From Thermoanaerobaculia bacterium (GTDB taxonomy: Bacteria > Acidobacteriota > Thermoanaerobaculia > UBA5066): DNA of 64,000 nt. The DNA lies in assembly GCA_035542215.1 (NCBI GenBank), contig DATKLW010000173.1, forward strand, positions 1,717 to 65,716, in the 5' to 3' direction. Both the position numbers and the translations under genes were made by a program. Every line of letters begins with the position of its first letter. Positions within the stretch are counted from its first letter, which is position 1. The notes beneath the pieces were generated by a model. That model was not told the DNA's origin and did no database searches. It saw only the letters and a list, made by a program, of their open reading frames with translations. Below are positions 1-8,716 of this stretch, piece by piece.

Positions 1-890
1 ATCGCGATCCCGTCCGCGCCGGCCGCGACGGAGGCGAGGGACATCGGAAGGACCTTGTCGCGGCGCCCGGTCCCGTGTGACGGGTCCACGAGGATCGGCA
101 GGTGGCTGAGCCGCTCGACCGCGGGGACCACCGCGAGGTCGAGCGTATTACGCGTGAAATCGTTGAACGTCCTCACGCCGCGCTCGCAGAGGACGACGTT
201 CGGATTGCCCTCGGCGAGGACGTACTCGGCGGCGAGGAGAAACTCCTCGAGCGTCGCGGACATCCCGCGCTTGAGAAGGACCGGCTTGCCCGAGCGGCCC
301 GCGAGCTTGAGAAGCTCGAAGTTCTGCATGTTGCGGGCGCCGATCTGAAGGCAGTCCGCGTAACGCGCCACGAGGTCGACCGTGGCCGTGTCGAGGACCT
401 CGGTGACGACCGGGAGCCCCGTGGCGTCGCGCGCCTCGGCGAGAATCCTGAGCCCGTCCTCGCCGAGCCCCTGGAACGAGTACGGCGACGTCCGCGGCTT
501 GTAGGCCCCGCCGCGCAGGAGGTGGGCGCCGAGGTCCTTGACGGCCTTCGCGATCGTGACCGTCTGCTCGAGGCTCTCGACGGCGCACGGCCCCGCCATG
601 ACGACGAGGCGCGTCCCGCCGACCGGCACGCCGCCGATCGAGACGATCGTGTCCTCGGGGTGGAACTCGCGCGAGACGAGCTTGTAGGGATGCGAGACGC
701 GGATGACCTCGAGGACGCCCGGCAGGTTCTCGAACGCCGCCGGCCCGACGGCGCCTTTGTTGCCCGTGATCCCGATCGCCGTGCGCTGCGCACCCGGGAT
801 GGGGTGGGCCTTGAGTCCGAGTTTTTCGGCCGCGGCGACGACGCCTGCGACGTCGCTCTCCCGGGCGGTGCGGTCCATGACGATGAGCAC
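1..890 (-). CDS. aroF: 3-deoxy-7-phosphoheptulose (DAHP) synthase, type I-beta with N-terminal ferredoxin-like regulatory domain; C-terminal end runs off the window
   Basis: This gene is absent from the ORF track because its stop lies outside the window. The reverse-strand translation reads VLIVMDRTARESDVAGVVAAAEKLGLKAHPIPG...LVVMAGPCAVESLEQ...LLRGGAYKPRTSPYSFQGLG...CLQIGARNMQNFELLK...VLLKRGMSATLEEFL...ILVDPSHGTGRRD, which is the DAHP/KDO8P synthase barrel. The start is GTG 888-890 behind GGGAGAGGGA, with an in-frame TGA just upstream. Confidence 0.9.
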   Translation of the reverse strand, partial: MLIVMDRTARESDVAGVVAAAEKLGLKAHPIPGAQRTAIGITGNKGAVGPAAFENLPGVLEVIRVSHPYKLVSREFHPEDTIVSIGGVPVGGTRLVVMAGPCAVESLEQTVTIAKAVKDLGAHLLRGGAYKPRTSPYSFQGLGEDGLRILAEARDATGLPVVTEVLDTATVDLVARYADCLQIGARNMQNFELLKLAGRSGKPVLLKRGMSATLEEFLLAAEYVLAEGNPNVVLCERGVRTFNDFTRNTLDLAVVPAVERLSHLPILVDPSHGTGRRDKVLPMSLASVAAGADGIA

Positions 891-967
891 GGCGAGCGGT
901 CCCTCTCCCGCGTTTATACTTCATGTCGCCGCGGTTTCCCGATTCCGCGCGGCTCCCGGAGGCTCCG

Positions 968-1759
968 ATGACCCGTTCCGAAAACGCCCGCGTCGCGATT
1001 CTCCTGGCGCTGGCCCTCGGCTGGGCCGGGACGGCCGCGGCCACGTACGTGATCTACACGAAGGACGGCAAGCGCATCGAGGCGCAGAGCAAGCCCGTCG
1101 TCCAAGGCAAGCGGCTCGTCTACGTGAACCCGCTCGGGACGCCGCAGTCGCTCGCCATCGAGGACTTCGACCAGGAGCGCAGCGACCTCGTCAACAAGGA
1201 AGGCCTCGGCAACGCCTATCTCCTCGACGACCCGGGCGCGGCCCGCTCGTCTCTCCCGAGCCCGGGCGAAAGGAAGCCGTCGCTCTCGGAGTACATCCGC
1301 CAGCACGGCCGCAAGGACGTCGACGCGTCCCACCCGGACGTCCCGCAGGGCGAGCTCGTGAAGATGCGTCCCGCCGGGTCTGAGTCCCGCTCCACGGCGC
1401 GCTCCGCGGCACCCGAGGCGCCATCGGTCGTGATGGATCCGCAGATCACCGATGCGTTCATGCGGGCGATGGACGGGAGCAACGTGAAGGGCGTCAAGCT
1501 CGCGCAGATCTCGTCCGGAGTGCGCGTGTCGGCGACGGCCGAGAACGAACAGCAGGTGTTCCTCGCCCTCGTCGCGTGCGCGCGGGGGCTCAAGGAGTCG
1601 CGCGCGGCGGGCAAGCCGCTCGACAAGGCCGAGATCGTTCTCGCGACGTCCACGGGCGAGTCCGCGGCCCGGTTCGACCTCAGCCCGAACGACGCGGACA
1701 ACCTCCTGACGGGCCGCGTCACCCCGGCCCGCTTCTTCGTCTCGAACGTCGTTTTCTAG
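968..1759 (+). CDS. hypothetical secreted protein
   Basis: Track ORF 923..1759. The ATG at 968 gives a signal-peptide-like N-terminus, MTRSENARVAILLALALGWAGTAAA. No family recognised. Confidence 0.6.
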   Translation: MTRSENARVAILLALALGWAGTAAATYVIYTKDGKRIEAQSKPVVQGKRLVYVNPLGTPQSLAIEDFDQERSDLVNKEGLGNAYLLDDPGAARSSLPSPGERKPSLSEYIRQHGRKDVDASHPDVPQGELVKMRPAGSESRSTARSAAPEAPSVVMDPQITDAFMRAMDGSNVKGVKLAQISSGVRVSATAENEQQVFLALVACARGLKESRAAGKPLDKAEIVLATSTGESAARFDLSPNDADNLLTGRVTPARFFVSNVVF

Positions 1760-1767
1760 GGCGGCGC

Positions 1768-2103
1768 GTGGAAGCCGGAACGCTCGTTCTCGTCCACCTC
1801 GTCGCGCCCAAGGAGAAGTACTGGGGCGTCCTCGAGTCGCTCTCGCCGGCGGGGATGACGCTCCGCGGCCTCGAGCTCGACCTCTTCGAGGAGTGGGCGC
1901 GGCAGCAGCGGCCGGGCGCCGAGCCCGAGCTCGGGGTCACGACGCTCTTCGTCCCGCTCCACCGCGTGGAGAAGATCTTCGAGGACACCCGTGTCGGAAG
2001 CGTCGCGAGCTACGCCGAGCGCTTCTTCGCGATCACGGGCCGCGACGTGCGCGACGTCCTCAGGCCGGCGCCTCCGATCGCCGACACGGGCAGCCCGAAC
2101 TAG
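1768..2103 (+). CDS. hypothetical small protein (~111 aa)
   Basis: In frame with track ORF 1576..2103, whose upstream part is Arg/Gly-rich and overlaps the previous gene. GTG 1768 follows the previous stop. The sequence VEAGTLVLVHLVAPKEKYWGVLESL... has normal composition. Confidence 0.5.
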   Translation: MEAGTLVLVHLVAPKEKYWGVLESLSPAGMTLRGLELDLFEEWARQQRPGAEPELGVTTLFVPLHRVEKIFEDTRVGSVASYAERFFAITGRDVRDVLRPAPPIADTGSPN

Positions 2104-3518
2104 CGCTTCTTCTCCGACAGCTCGAGGAGGATGCCGCCCGTCGCGGACGGGTGCACGAACGCGACGAGGCACCCGTGAGCGCCCTCGAACGGCTCCTCGT
2201 TCACGAGGCGCACGCCCGCGGCCTTCAGGCTCGCGAGCGTCGCGCGGACGTCCGTGACCTCGAGACAGAGGTGGTGGATCCCGGGCCCCCGGGACGCGAT
2301 CGCCTTCGCGATCGGCCCGTCGGGCGAGGTGGACTCGAGGAGCTCGAGATGCGACTCCCCCACCGCGCGAAACGACGTCACGACCTTCTGCGACGCGACC
2401 TCCTCGCGGTGCTCCTCGACGAGGCCGAGGAGGTCCCAGAACCTCCCGCCCTCTTCGAGCGACGGGACGGAGATGCCGAGGTGGGAGATCTTCGAGACGA
2501 GGGAAAGAGAGGAAGACGAAGATCCGGATTTCTTAGAAGGTGAATGGGGCTCGGCGCCGCCCGTCTCCTGCCGGAGGCGCGCGACCAGGCCAGCGGCGGC
2601 GGAGATCGGGTCCTCGGAACGGCCTTCCACGCGGGTCGCGGCCTCGTCGAGCGCCCCGCTGCCGCCCCGCAGCGTCTCCACCTTTCTAAGAAAGTCTTCT
2701 CTGACCAGCCCTTCGATCCGCTTCACCGTCCGGTCGCGGCGCCGGGCGGCGCCGTGGGGTCCGTCGAGGAACGCCCGGTGCTCCGCGAGCTTCGCCTCCA
2801 GCTCGTCGAGGCCAGCGCCCGACGTCGCGACGGTCTTCACGACCGGCGGGATCCAGGCGCCGTGCTCGCCGAGCTCGAGCATCTGGAGGATCTCCTGCAC
2901 GACGCGGTCGGCGCCGTCGCGGTCGGCCTTGTTCACGACGAAGAGGTCCGCAACCTCCATGAGGCCGGCCTTGATCGCCTGAATGTCGTCACCCATCCCC
3001 GGCGTCAGGACGACGACGCAGGACTCCGCGAGCCGGAAGACGTCGACCTCGTCCTGCCCGACGCCGACCGTCTCGACGAGGACCTCGTCGAAGCCCGCCG
3101 CGTCGAGGACGTCCACGGCGTCCGCCGAGGCGCGCGCGAGGCCGCCGAGGTGGCCGCGCGTCGCCATCGAGCGGATCAGGACGCCGGGGTCCGTGTAGAG
3201 GTCCTGCATCCGGATCCGGTCGCCGAGGATCGCGCCGCCCGAGAAGGGCGAGGACGGGTCGACGGCCACGATCCCGACCTTTCGCCCGCGGGCGCGGGCC
3301 CGCCGCGCCAGCGCCGCCGTGAGCGTCGACTTGCCCGCCCCCGGCGAGCCCGTAAGGCCGGTGACGCGGGCGCGGCCCGTCCGCGGGAACAGGGCCGCGA
3401 GCAGTTCGGGAAACCTGGGGTCGGCGCTCTCGGCCCACGAGATCGCGCGGGCGACGCAGGGGACGCGGCCGGCCAGCACTCCGTCGGCGAGGGCGGCGGC
3501 ACTCTGAGGAGTCGGCAT
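2100..3518 (-). CDS. meaB: MeaB/ArgK G3E-family GTPase fused in one ORF to methylmalonyl-CoA epimerase (VOC fold)
   Basis: - GTPase part: P-loop GSPGAGKST, VETVGVGQ, and NKAD box VVNKADR.
- C-terminal ~135 aa (ISHLGISVPSLEEGGRFW...GIHHLCLEVTD...FVHPSATGGILLELSE) looks like a glyoxalase/VOC epimerase.
- The two parts are joined by the Ser-rich linker PHSPSKKSGSSSSSLSL. Confidence 0.85.
   Translation of the reverse strand: MPTPQSAAALADGVLAGRVPCVARAISWAESADPRFPELLAALFPRTGRARVTGLTGSPGAGKSTLTAALARRARARGRKVGIVAVDPSSPFSGGAILGDRIRMQDLYTDPGVLIRSMATRGHLGGLARASADAVDVLDAAGFDEVLVETVGVGQDEVDVFRLAESCVVVLTPGMGDDIQAIKAGLMEVADLFVVNKADRDGADRVVQEILQMLELGEHGAWIPPVVKTVATSGAGLDELEAKLAEHRAFLDGPHGAARRRDRTVKRIEGLVREDFLRKVETLRGGSGALDEAATRVEGRSEDPISAAAGLVARLRQETGGAEPHSPSKKSGSSSSSLSLVSKISHLGISVPSLEEGGRFWDLLGLVEEHREEVASQKVVTSFRAVGESHLELLESTSPDGPIAKAIASRGPGIHHLCLEVTDVRATLASLKAAGVRLVNEEPFEGAHGCLVAFVHPSATGGILLELSEKKR
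2501..2701. repeat. inverted pair of the dispersed AT-rich motif (arms 2501-2544 and 2678-2701)
   Basis: The arms are GGGAAAGAGAGGAAGACGAAGATCCGGATTTCTTAGAAGGTGAA and CCACCTTTCTAAGAAAGTCTTCTC. Both lie inside the meaB-epimerase ORF. Confidence 0.8.
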
Positions 3519-3563
3519 TCCTCACGAGTGTAGACGAGGCCCGGGGCCTAGAATGTCGCCCCC

Positions 3564-5675
3564 ATGCCCGCCCCGGAGACCCCTCCCGATCTCGTGCCGG
3601 TCCTGTCCGAGATCGCGCGCGTCGCCGGTGAGACGCTGGACCTCAACGAGGTGTTTCACCGGATCGCGACGGCGGCGGGTCGCGTCCTGACCTTCGACGC
3701 GATGACCGTCACGCTGACCGACGAGATCGACGGCTTCGTTCTCTACTCGATCGGAGGCGCCGAGGTCACGGACGAGGCGCGCCGCACGTACTCGCGGATC
3801 GTGCCGCGCGCGGAGTACTCCCTCGGGCTGTGGGAGACGCTCACGAGCAAGGGCGTCATCGACGACGTCGCCGCCGTCTGCGACCGCGCCCATTCCCGCG
3901 ACCGCGAGCTCGCGGACTCCGGCGTCCGCGCGATGCTCCGGGCGCCCCTCCGTGCGGGACCGAAGACGATGGGCTACCTGTCACTCCTCAGCCTTCGGCC
4001 GCGGGCGTTCCGCGCCGCCGACCTCGACCTCCTCGCGCCGATCGCCGACGTCGTCGCGATGGCGGTCGCGCACGCGCGGCTCGCGGCCGGCGAGCAGGAT
4101 CGCCGGCGCCGCTACGAAGCGCTCCAGGCGCTGTCCCCGGTCCTCGCGCGCGCGCTGGACGTCCGGGAGGTGTTCGACGCGATCTCCGGGATCGTCCGGC
4201 CGGTCGTGCCGCACGACCGCATCGCGATCGGCCTCCTGAACGAGGACCGCACCGCCGTCAACGTGTACGCGGTCTCGGGCGAGGGCTTCCCCGAGATCCG
4301 CTCGCCGATCCGCGTCTCACAAGAGGACCTGGCGCGCGTGAACGACTGGTCGACGGAAATCGTCCGCGACGTCGAGTCGGAGCTCCCGCGGGATTCGGAC
4401 CGGTGCCGCCATCTCGCGGCCGACGGCATCCGCTCCTTTCTCAGGGTCCCGATCTTCTTCGAGGGGCAGTGGCAGTTCGCGGGCGGCCTCCTCTTCCTCT
4501 CGCGGACCCCCGGGACGTACGGCGAGGACGACATCCCGCTCGCCCAGCACGTCGCGGACCAGGTCGCGCTCGCCCTCTCGCACGAGCGCCTCGCCGGCGA
4601 GGCCCGGCGGGCCGCCGACGCGGTGAGCGAGGCGAGGAAGCTCGAAGAGCGCGTCGCGTCGCTGACCGAGGAGCTGGCCTCGCGCGAGGGCTTCGGCCGG
4701 ATCGTCGGCGTCGCGAGGAGCTGGAAGGGCGTCCTCGTCCAGGTCTCGAAGGTCGCGCCGACCGAGACGACCGTCCTCCTCACGGGCGAGTCCGGCACCG
4801 GCAAGGAGATCCTCGCGCGCGCGATCCACCGCGCCTCGTCCCGCGCCTCGGGTCCGTTCGTCGCGATCAACGCGGCGGCCCTTCCGGACCAGCTCCTCGA
4901 GTCGGAGCTGTTCGGGTACGAGCGCGGCGCCTTCACGGGCGCGACGGCCGCCAAGCCCGGCCGCATCGAGCAGGCGGCCGGCGGCACGCTCTTCCTCGAC
5001 GAGGCGGGCGAGATGAGCCCCGCGGTCCAGGCGAAGCTCCTGCGCCTTCTCCAGGAGCGCGAGTTCCAGCGCCTCGGCGGGACGAAGGTCCTGAAGACGG
5101 ACGCGCGCATCGTCGCGGCCACGAACCGCGACCTCAAGAAGGCGATCGCAAGGGGGGAGTTCCGCGAGGACCTCTTCTACCGGCTCTCCGTGTTCGAGAT
5201 CGCGCTCCCGCCGCTGCGCGGCCGCGTCGAGGACATCCTCCCGCTCACCGAAGTCTTCCTCGCCGAGCTCGGCCCCGCGATCGGCCGCCCCGTGGCGGGA
5301 GTCTCGAAGGAGGCGAAGGATCTTCTCCTCGCCTACCCCTGGCCCGGAAATGTCCGCGAGCTGAAGAACGCCCTCGAGCGCGCCGCAATCCTCTGCGACG
5401 GGGGCCTGATCACGGCCGCCCACCTTCCCATCTCGGTTTCCGGCCACGAGCCCTCCCGCCCGCAGGCCCCCGGCACGGGGACCGCCCCGGCCTTCCCGCC
5501 CGGCGGCGTCGATCTCGAGTCGCTCGAGAAGGGGTACGTGAAAGAAGCGCTCGTGAAGGCCCGCTTCAACAAGAGTAAGGCCGCGAAGCTCCTCGGCCTC
5601 ACCCGCGCCCAGCTGTACTCGAGGATCGAAAAGTACGGATTGGGAGGAGGAGAGGAAGATAAAGAATTCTCTTAG
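3564..5675 (+). CDS. sigma-54-dependent transcriptional activator with two N-terminal GAF-like domains (FhlA-like architecture)
   Basis: The AAA+ core carries [15 protein letters not shown] and [15 protein letters not shown] (GAFTGA loop). The C-terminal Fis-type HTH is [22 protein letters not shown]. The N-terminal ~350 aa look like GAF repeats. Confidence 0.9.
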   Translation: MPAPETPPDLVPVLSEIARVAGETLDLNEVFHRIATAAGRVLTFDAMTVTLTDEIDGFVLYSIGGAEVTDEARRTYSRIVPRAEYSLGLWETLTSKGVIDDVAAVCDRAHSRDRELADSGVRAMLRAPLRAGPKTMGYLSLLSLRPRAFRAADLDLLAPIADVVAMAVAHARLAAGEQDRRRRYEALQALSPVLARALDVREVFDAISGIVRPVVPHDRIAIGLLNEDRTAVNVYAVSGEGFPEIRSPIRVSQEDLARVNDWSTEIVRDVESELPRDSDRCRHLAADGIRSFLRVPIFFEGQWQFAGGLLFLSRTPGTYGEDDIPLAQHVADQVALALSHERLAGEARRAADAVSEARKLEERVASLTEELASREGFGRIVGVARSWKGVLVQVSKVAPTETTVLLTGESGTGKEILARAIHRASSRASGPFVAINAAALPDQLLESELFGYERGAFTGATAAKPGRIEQAAGGTLFLDEAGEMSPAVQAKLLRLLQEREFQRLGGTKVLKTDARIVAATNRDLKKAIARGEFREDLFYRLSVFEIALPPLRGRVEDILPLTEVFLAELGPAIGRPVAGVSKEAKDLLLAYPWPGNVRELKNALERAAILCDGGLITAAHLPISVSGHEPSRPQAPGTGTAPAFPPGGVDLESLEKGYVKEALVKARFNKSKAAKLLGLTRAQLYSRIEKYGLGGGEEDKEFS

Positions 5676-5772
5676 AAAGGTTTAGGGGGCGGCGCCCGCA
5701 GGCCAGCCGCCGGTCCGGCTCCGGTCGCGCCTCGCACTCTTCACCTTCTAGGGAATTCTCCCTGCTCCTCTC
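5645..5772. repeat. inverted pair of the dispersed motif (arms 5645-5686 and 5737-5772)
   Basis: The arms are GGAGGAGAGGAAGATAAAGAATTCTCTTAGAAAGGTTTAG and CTCTTCACCTTCTAGGGAATTCTCCCTGCTCCTCTCC. The left arm supplies the last codons and the TAG stop of the sigma-54 activator. Confidence 0.8.
5749..5763. promoter_or_regulatory. palindrome TAGGGA-ATTC-TCCCT, candidate activator site, copy 1
   Basis: Inverted hexamers TAGGGA/TCCCTA(G) lie ~60 bp upstream of the candidate -24 element. The site overlaps the dispersed motif. Confidence 0.3.
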
Positions 5773-5813
5773 CGGACTTTTTCCCCTCTCTCCGCCCCCT
5801 TTTCCGGAGTGTT

Positions 5814-5830
5814 TTGGAAGGCCCGAGGCC
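5814..5830 (+). promoter_or_regulatory. weak sigma-54 promoter candidate, copy 1
   Basis: TTGGAAGGCCCGAGGCC has GG and GC at consensus 12-nt register, but the flanking bases fit poorly. It lies ~35 nt upstream of ATG 5864. Confidence 0.3.
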
Positions 5831-5863
5831 CCATCTTCTCCGTGTAAGGAAAAGGGGGACGAC

Positions 5864-6163
5864 ATGAAGAACACCGGCAACACGAACGGCGGCAGCAAGG
5901 TTCCCGCGGGCTTCTACTTCAACAGGAAGAACTGGGAGATCGTCACCATCAGCGGCAAGAAGGGCGGCGTTCTGCCCGGAGACGAGAAGTCCGACTATCT
6001 GAAGGTCCCCGCCGTCGCGATGCTCGCCGGCGCCCCCATGCTCGGGGCCGCCTTCGTGGTCTTTCTCCCCGTGATCGGCTTCGCGCTCCTCGCCAAGGCC
6101 GCCTGGAAGAAGGCCTCCCGCGCGGTCGAGACTCCGAAGCCCGCTCCGGTCCGCCACAACTGA
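5864..6163 (+). CDS. small single-pass membrane protein, paralogue 1 (unknown family)
   Basis: 99 aa with an SD-like AAGGAAAAGGGGGA before the ATG. It has a conserved N-terminus (VPAGFYFNRKNWEIVTISGKKGG) and one hydrophobic helix (MLGAAFVVFLPVIGFALLA). A terminator hairpin lies downstream. Confidence 0.7.
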   Translation: MKNTGNTNGGSKVPAGFYFNRKNWEIVTISGKKGGVLPGDEKSDYLKVPAVAMLAGAPMLGAAFVVFLPVIGFALLAKAAWKKASRAVETPKPAPVRHN

Positions 6164-6213
6164 GAACGCCGTCCCCACGCGTTCCGGCCGCGTTGCCACG
6201 CCGGATGACCGAG

Positions 6214-6240
6214 ACGAGCCGCCGACGGGCGGCTCGTTTC
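6214..6240 (+). terminator. rho-independent terminator candidate after small gene 1
   Basis: ACGAGCCGCC-GACG-GGCGGCTCGT followed by TTTC. Confidence 0.6.
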
Positions 6241-6256
6241 GCGTTAGCCGCCCGGT

Positions 6257-6292
6257 TCTTCACCTTCTAGGGAATTCTCCCTATCTCCTCTC
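6257..6292. repeat. single copy of the dispersed motif (pyrimidine strand on +)
   Basis: TTCTTCACCTTCTAGGGAATTCTCCCTATCTCCTCTC. Confidence 0.8.
6268..6283. promoter_or_regulatory. palindrome TAGGGAATTCTCCCTA, copy 2 (perfect)
   Basis: It sits at the same position relative to the second small gene. Confidence 0.3.
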
Positions 6293-6333
6293 GGGAATCG
6301 TTCCCCCGCTTCCGCGCCCTTTTCCGGAGTGTT

Positions 6334-6350
6334 TTGGAAGGCCCGAGGCC
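6334..6350 (+). promoter_or_regulatory. weak sigma-54 promoter candidate, copy 2
   Basis: An identical TTGGAAGGCCCGAGGCC lies upstream of ATG 6384. Confidence 0.3.
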
Positions 6351-6383
6351 CCATCTTCTTGATGTAAGGAAAAGGGGGACGAC

Positions 6384-6677
6384 ATGAACAGCAACACGAA
6401 CGGCGGATCCAGGGTTCCCGCGGGCTTCTACTTCAACAAGGCGAACTGGGAGATCGTCACGATCAGCGGCAAGAAGGGCGGGCTTCTGCCCGGAAACGCG
6501 AAGACCGGCTACTTCAAGGTTCCCGCCGGCGCCATGCTCGTGGCCGCCCCTGTTCTCGGCGCCGCCTTCGTCATCTTCCTCCCCGTCATCGGCTTCGGGC
6601 TCCTCGCCACGGCCGCCTGGAAGAAGGCGTTCAGCACGGCCGAAGCCCCCAAGCCCGCTCCCGCGCGTCAGGACTGA
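6384..6677 (+). CDS. small single-pass membrane protein, paralogue 2 (about three quarters identical to 5864..6163 by eye)
   Basis: 97 aa with the same SD and the same upstream ~125 bp as paralogue 1. Sequence: VPAGFYFNKANWEIVTISGKKGG...VLGAAFVIFLPVIGFGLLA. Confidence 0.7.
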   Translation: MNSNTNGGSRVPAGFYFNKANWEIVTISGKKGGLLPGNAKTGYFKVPAGAMLVAAPVLGAAFVIFLPVIGFGLLATAAWKKAFSTAEAPKPAPARQD

Positions 6678-7100
6678 TCAGGCGCCGGAGGCCGCATCGC
6701 GCATGACGAGACCGATCCGGTCGAACGCCGCGCGCCACGCGGCCGCGTGCGCATCGGTGAAGCTCGCGCCGAGCTGGTCCCGGAGCGTCCTCACGAGCGC
6801 TTCGCGGAACGTCGCGTAATGCGCCTCGGTCAGGCCGTACGGCGCGTGGCGCGCGCCCAGGTCGCGGAGCGGGCGCTCGCCGGCGTGCGCGTCGTCGATC
6901 CCGGCGACCGCGAGGCCGAGCGCGCTCACGAACATCGCGCCCTGCGCGTCGAGGTCCCCCTTGAAGAGCGACTTGAGCGACGGGTCGAGCGTGAAGAGCG
7001 TTTCGTAGAACGCGCGCCCGACCCCTCTCGGAATGGGGCGCAGCCTGTTGAAACTTTCCTGGACGAGACCGATCTCCTCGCGCGTCACGGCCCGGATCAT
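6678..7100 (-). CDS. single-domain globin (sensor/protoglobin-like)
   Basis: 140 aa. It shows a globin-like helix pattern with FKGDLDAQGAMFVSAL and a proximal-His region RDLGARHAPYGLTEAHY. Confidence 0.75.
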   Translation of the reverse strand: MIRAVTREEIGLVQESFNRLRPIPRGVGRAFYETLFTLDPSLKSLFKGDLDAQGAMFVSALGLAVAGIDDAHAGERPLRDLGARHAPYGLTEAHYATFREALVRTLRDQLGASFTDAHAAAWRAAFDRIGLVMRDAASGA

Positions 7101-7168
7101 GCCACGCCGGGAGAGGCGCGCCCGGCGCCCCGCGCTAGACTGGGCAACGGCGCGGGGACGGCGCCCGT

Positions 7169-8716
7169 ATGACGTTGCCGCGATTGATTCTCACGGGTGC
7201 GTCCGGGTTCGTGGGACGCCACCTCCTCGAGGCGATCTGCGACGACTGGATCGTTTACGGGATCGCCCGCCGTTCGCAGGCGCGCAGCGGAGCCCTCGTC
7301 CATCCGAACCTCACATGGTTCCAGGTCGACATCGGGGACCGCGAAGCGCTCGCGGACGTCTTCCGGAAGATCCGCGAGCAGGGCGGCGCCGACGTCGTCG
7401 TCCATCTCGCCGCGCACTACGACTTCACGGGCGAGAACGACCCCGAGTACTTCCGGACGAACGTCGACGGCCTCAGGAACACGCTCGACCTGTCGGCCGA
7501 CGCCGGGGTCAAGCAGTTCTTCTTCTCCAGCTCCGTCGCGGCCTGCGAGCTTCCGCCGCCGGGGAAGACCCTCGACGAGACGAGCCCGCCGGACGGCCAA
7601 CACATCTACGCCCAGACGAAGCGCATCGGCGAGACGATGGTGGGCGGCTACAGAGACCGCTTCAAGCCCGTCATCGTGCGCTTCGCCGCCATGTTCTCGG
7701 ACCAGTGCGAATACCCGCCCCTCTACGTGTTCCTCGAGACGTGGCTCTCGGCAGCCTGGAACCGCCGCATGCTCGGCGGCAGGGGCGCGAGCGCGATTCC
7801 CTACCTCCACATCTCGGATGCCGTCGCGTTTCTCGCGCGGGTCCTCGAGCGGCGGCGCGACTGGCGGCCGTCGGAGATCCTGATCGCGAGCCCGGACGGC
7901 GCCACGTCGCACCGCGCCCTCTTCGACGCGACGATGTCGCACGAGACACCCTCCCCCGTGACTCCGATCCTGATTCCAAAGGCCCTCTGCGGCCCCGGGA
8001 TGCTCTTCCGCGACCTCTTCGGCCGCCTCACGGGCGAGCGTCCGTTCGAACGTCCCTGGATGGCGGAGTACATCGACACGGTCATGGCGGTCGACGCCTC
8101 GAAGACTCGCGCACGGCTGGGCTGGGAGCCCCGGCCGCGCCTCGAGATCCTCCGGAGGCTTCCGTTCCTGCTCGAGAACCGGAGCATGTACCCCGGAAAC
8201 TGGCACCGGCTGAACCGTGCCGCGATGAAGAGGGTCTTCGTTCCGCAGTACCTCCGCCTCTACCAGCTGCTCGAGCGCCACCAGGACGAGCTCGTCGAGG
8301 AGTACACGAAGGCCCTTCACGTCGCGCGCTTCCCGTCCTACCAGCGCGTGAGCGACGACGACCACGAGTGGAATCACCGGATCATCCTTCGCCAGCTCCT
8401 GAACACCGTGAGGACGCACGACCGGCACGTCCTCGCCGCCTACTGCCGCGACCTCGCCGAGAGGCGGTACCGGCAGGGATTCAAGGTCGAGGAGCTGTGC
8501 GGGGCCATCGAGGCGCTGAACGGCGTCTGCGCCGCGGTTCTCGCACGGGACCCGGAGTCCTCGACGCTGACGCACGAGATCCTCGAAAGCGTCACGACGC
8601 CGCTCAAGTGGGGCGTCGACCGCATTCAGGAAACCTACGAGACGCTCGCCGCAGCCGACGCGCGGCGCGCGCGCGCAGCGGCCCCCGCCGATTCCACCTC
8701 AGTTTCCGGCCGCTGA
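7169..8716 (+). CDS. NAD-dependent epimerase/dehydratase (extended SDR) with ~190-aa uncharacterised C-terminal helical extension
   Basis: Rossmann motif LTGASGFVGRHL and catalytic YAQTK (YxxxK). Residues ~320-515 have no SDR counterpart. Confidence 0.8.
   Translation: MTLPRLILTGASGFVGRHLLEAICDDWIVYGIARRSQARSGALVHPNLTWFQVDIGDREALADVFRKIREQGGADVVVHLAAHYDFTGENDPEYFRTNVDGLRNTLDLSADAGVKQFFFSSSVAACELPPPGKTLDETSPPDGQHIYAQTKRIGETMVGGYRDRFKPVIVRFAAMFSDQCEYPPLYVFLETWLSAAWNRRMLGGRGASAIPYLHISDAVAFLARVLERRRDWRPSEILIASPDGATSHRALFDATMSHETPSPVTPILIPKALCGPGMLFRDLFGRLTGERPFERPWMAEYIDTVMAVDASKTRARLGWEPRPRLEILRRLPFLLENRSMYPGNWHRLNRAAMKRVFVPQYLRLYQLLERHQDELVEEYTKALHVARFPSYQRVSDDDHEWNHRIILRQLLNTVRTHDRHVLAAYCRDLAERRYRQGFKVEELCGAIEALNGVCAAVLARDPESSTLTHEILESVTTPLKWGVDRIQETYETLAAADARRARAAAPADSTSVSGR

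Larger units (their letters stand above)
5737..6677 (+). repeat. tandem direct duplication (~520 bp unit): upstream regulatory region + small membrane-protein gene
   Basis: 5737-5863 and 6257-6383 are near-identical (CTTCACCTTCTAGGGAATTCTCCCT...CCTTTTCCGGAGTGTTTTGGAAGGCCCGAGGCCCCATCTTC...GTAAGGAAAAGGGGGACGACATG). The two CDSs are paralogous. Confidence 0.9.

Noticed and set aside
2100-3518. The MeaB-epimerase ORF as a frameshifted pseudogene or mis-merged pair.
   Set aside because: There is one continuous frame with both domains intact. I kept it as a fusion, but flagged the motif-derived linker for read-level verification.
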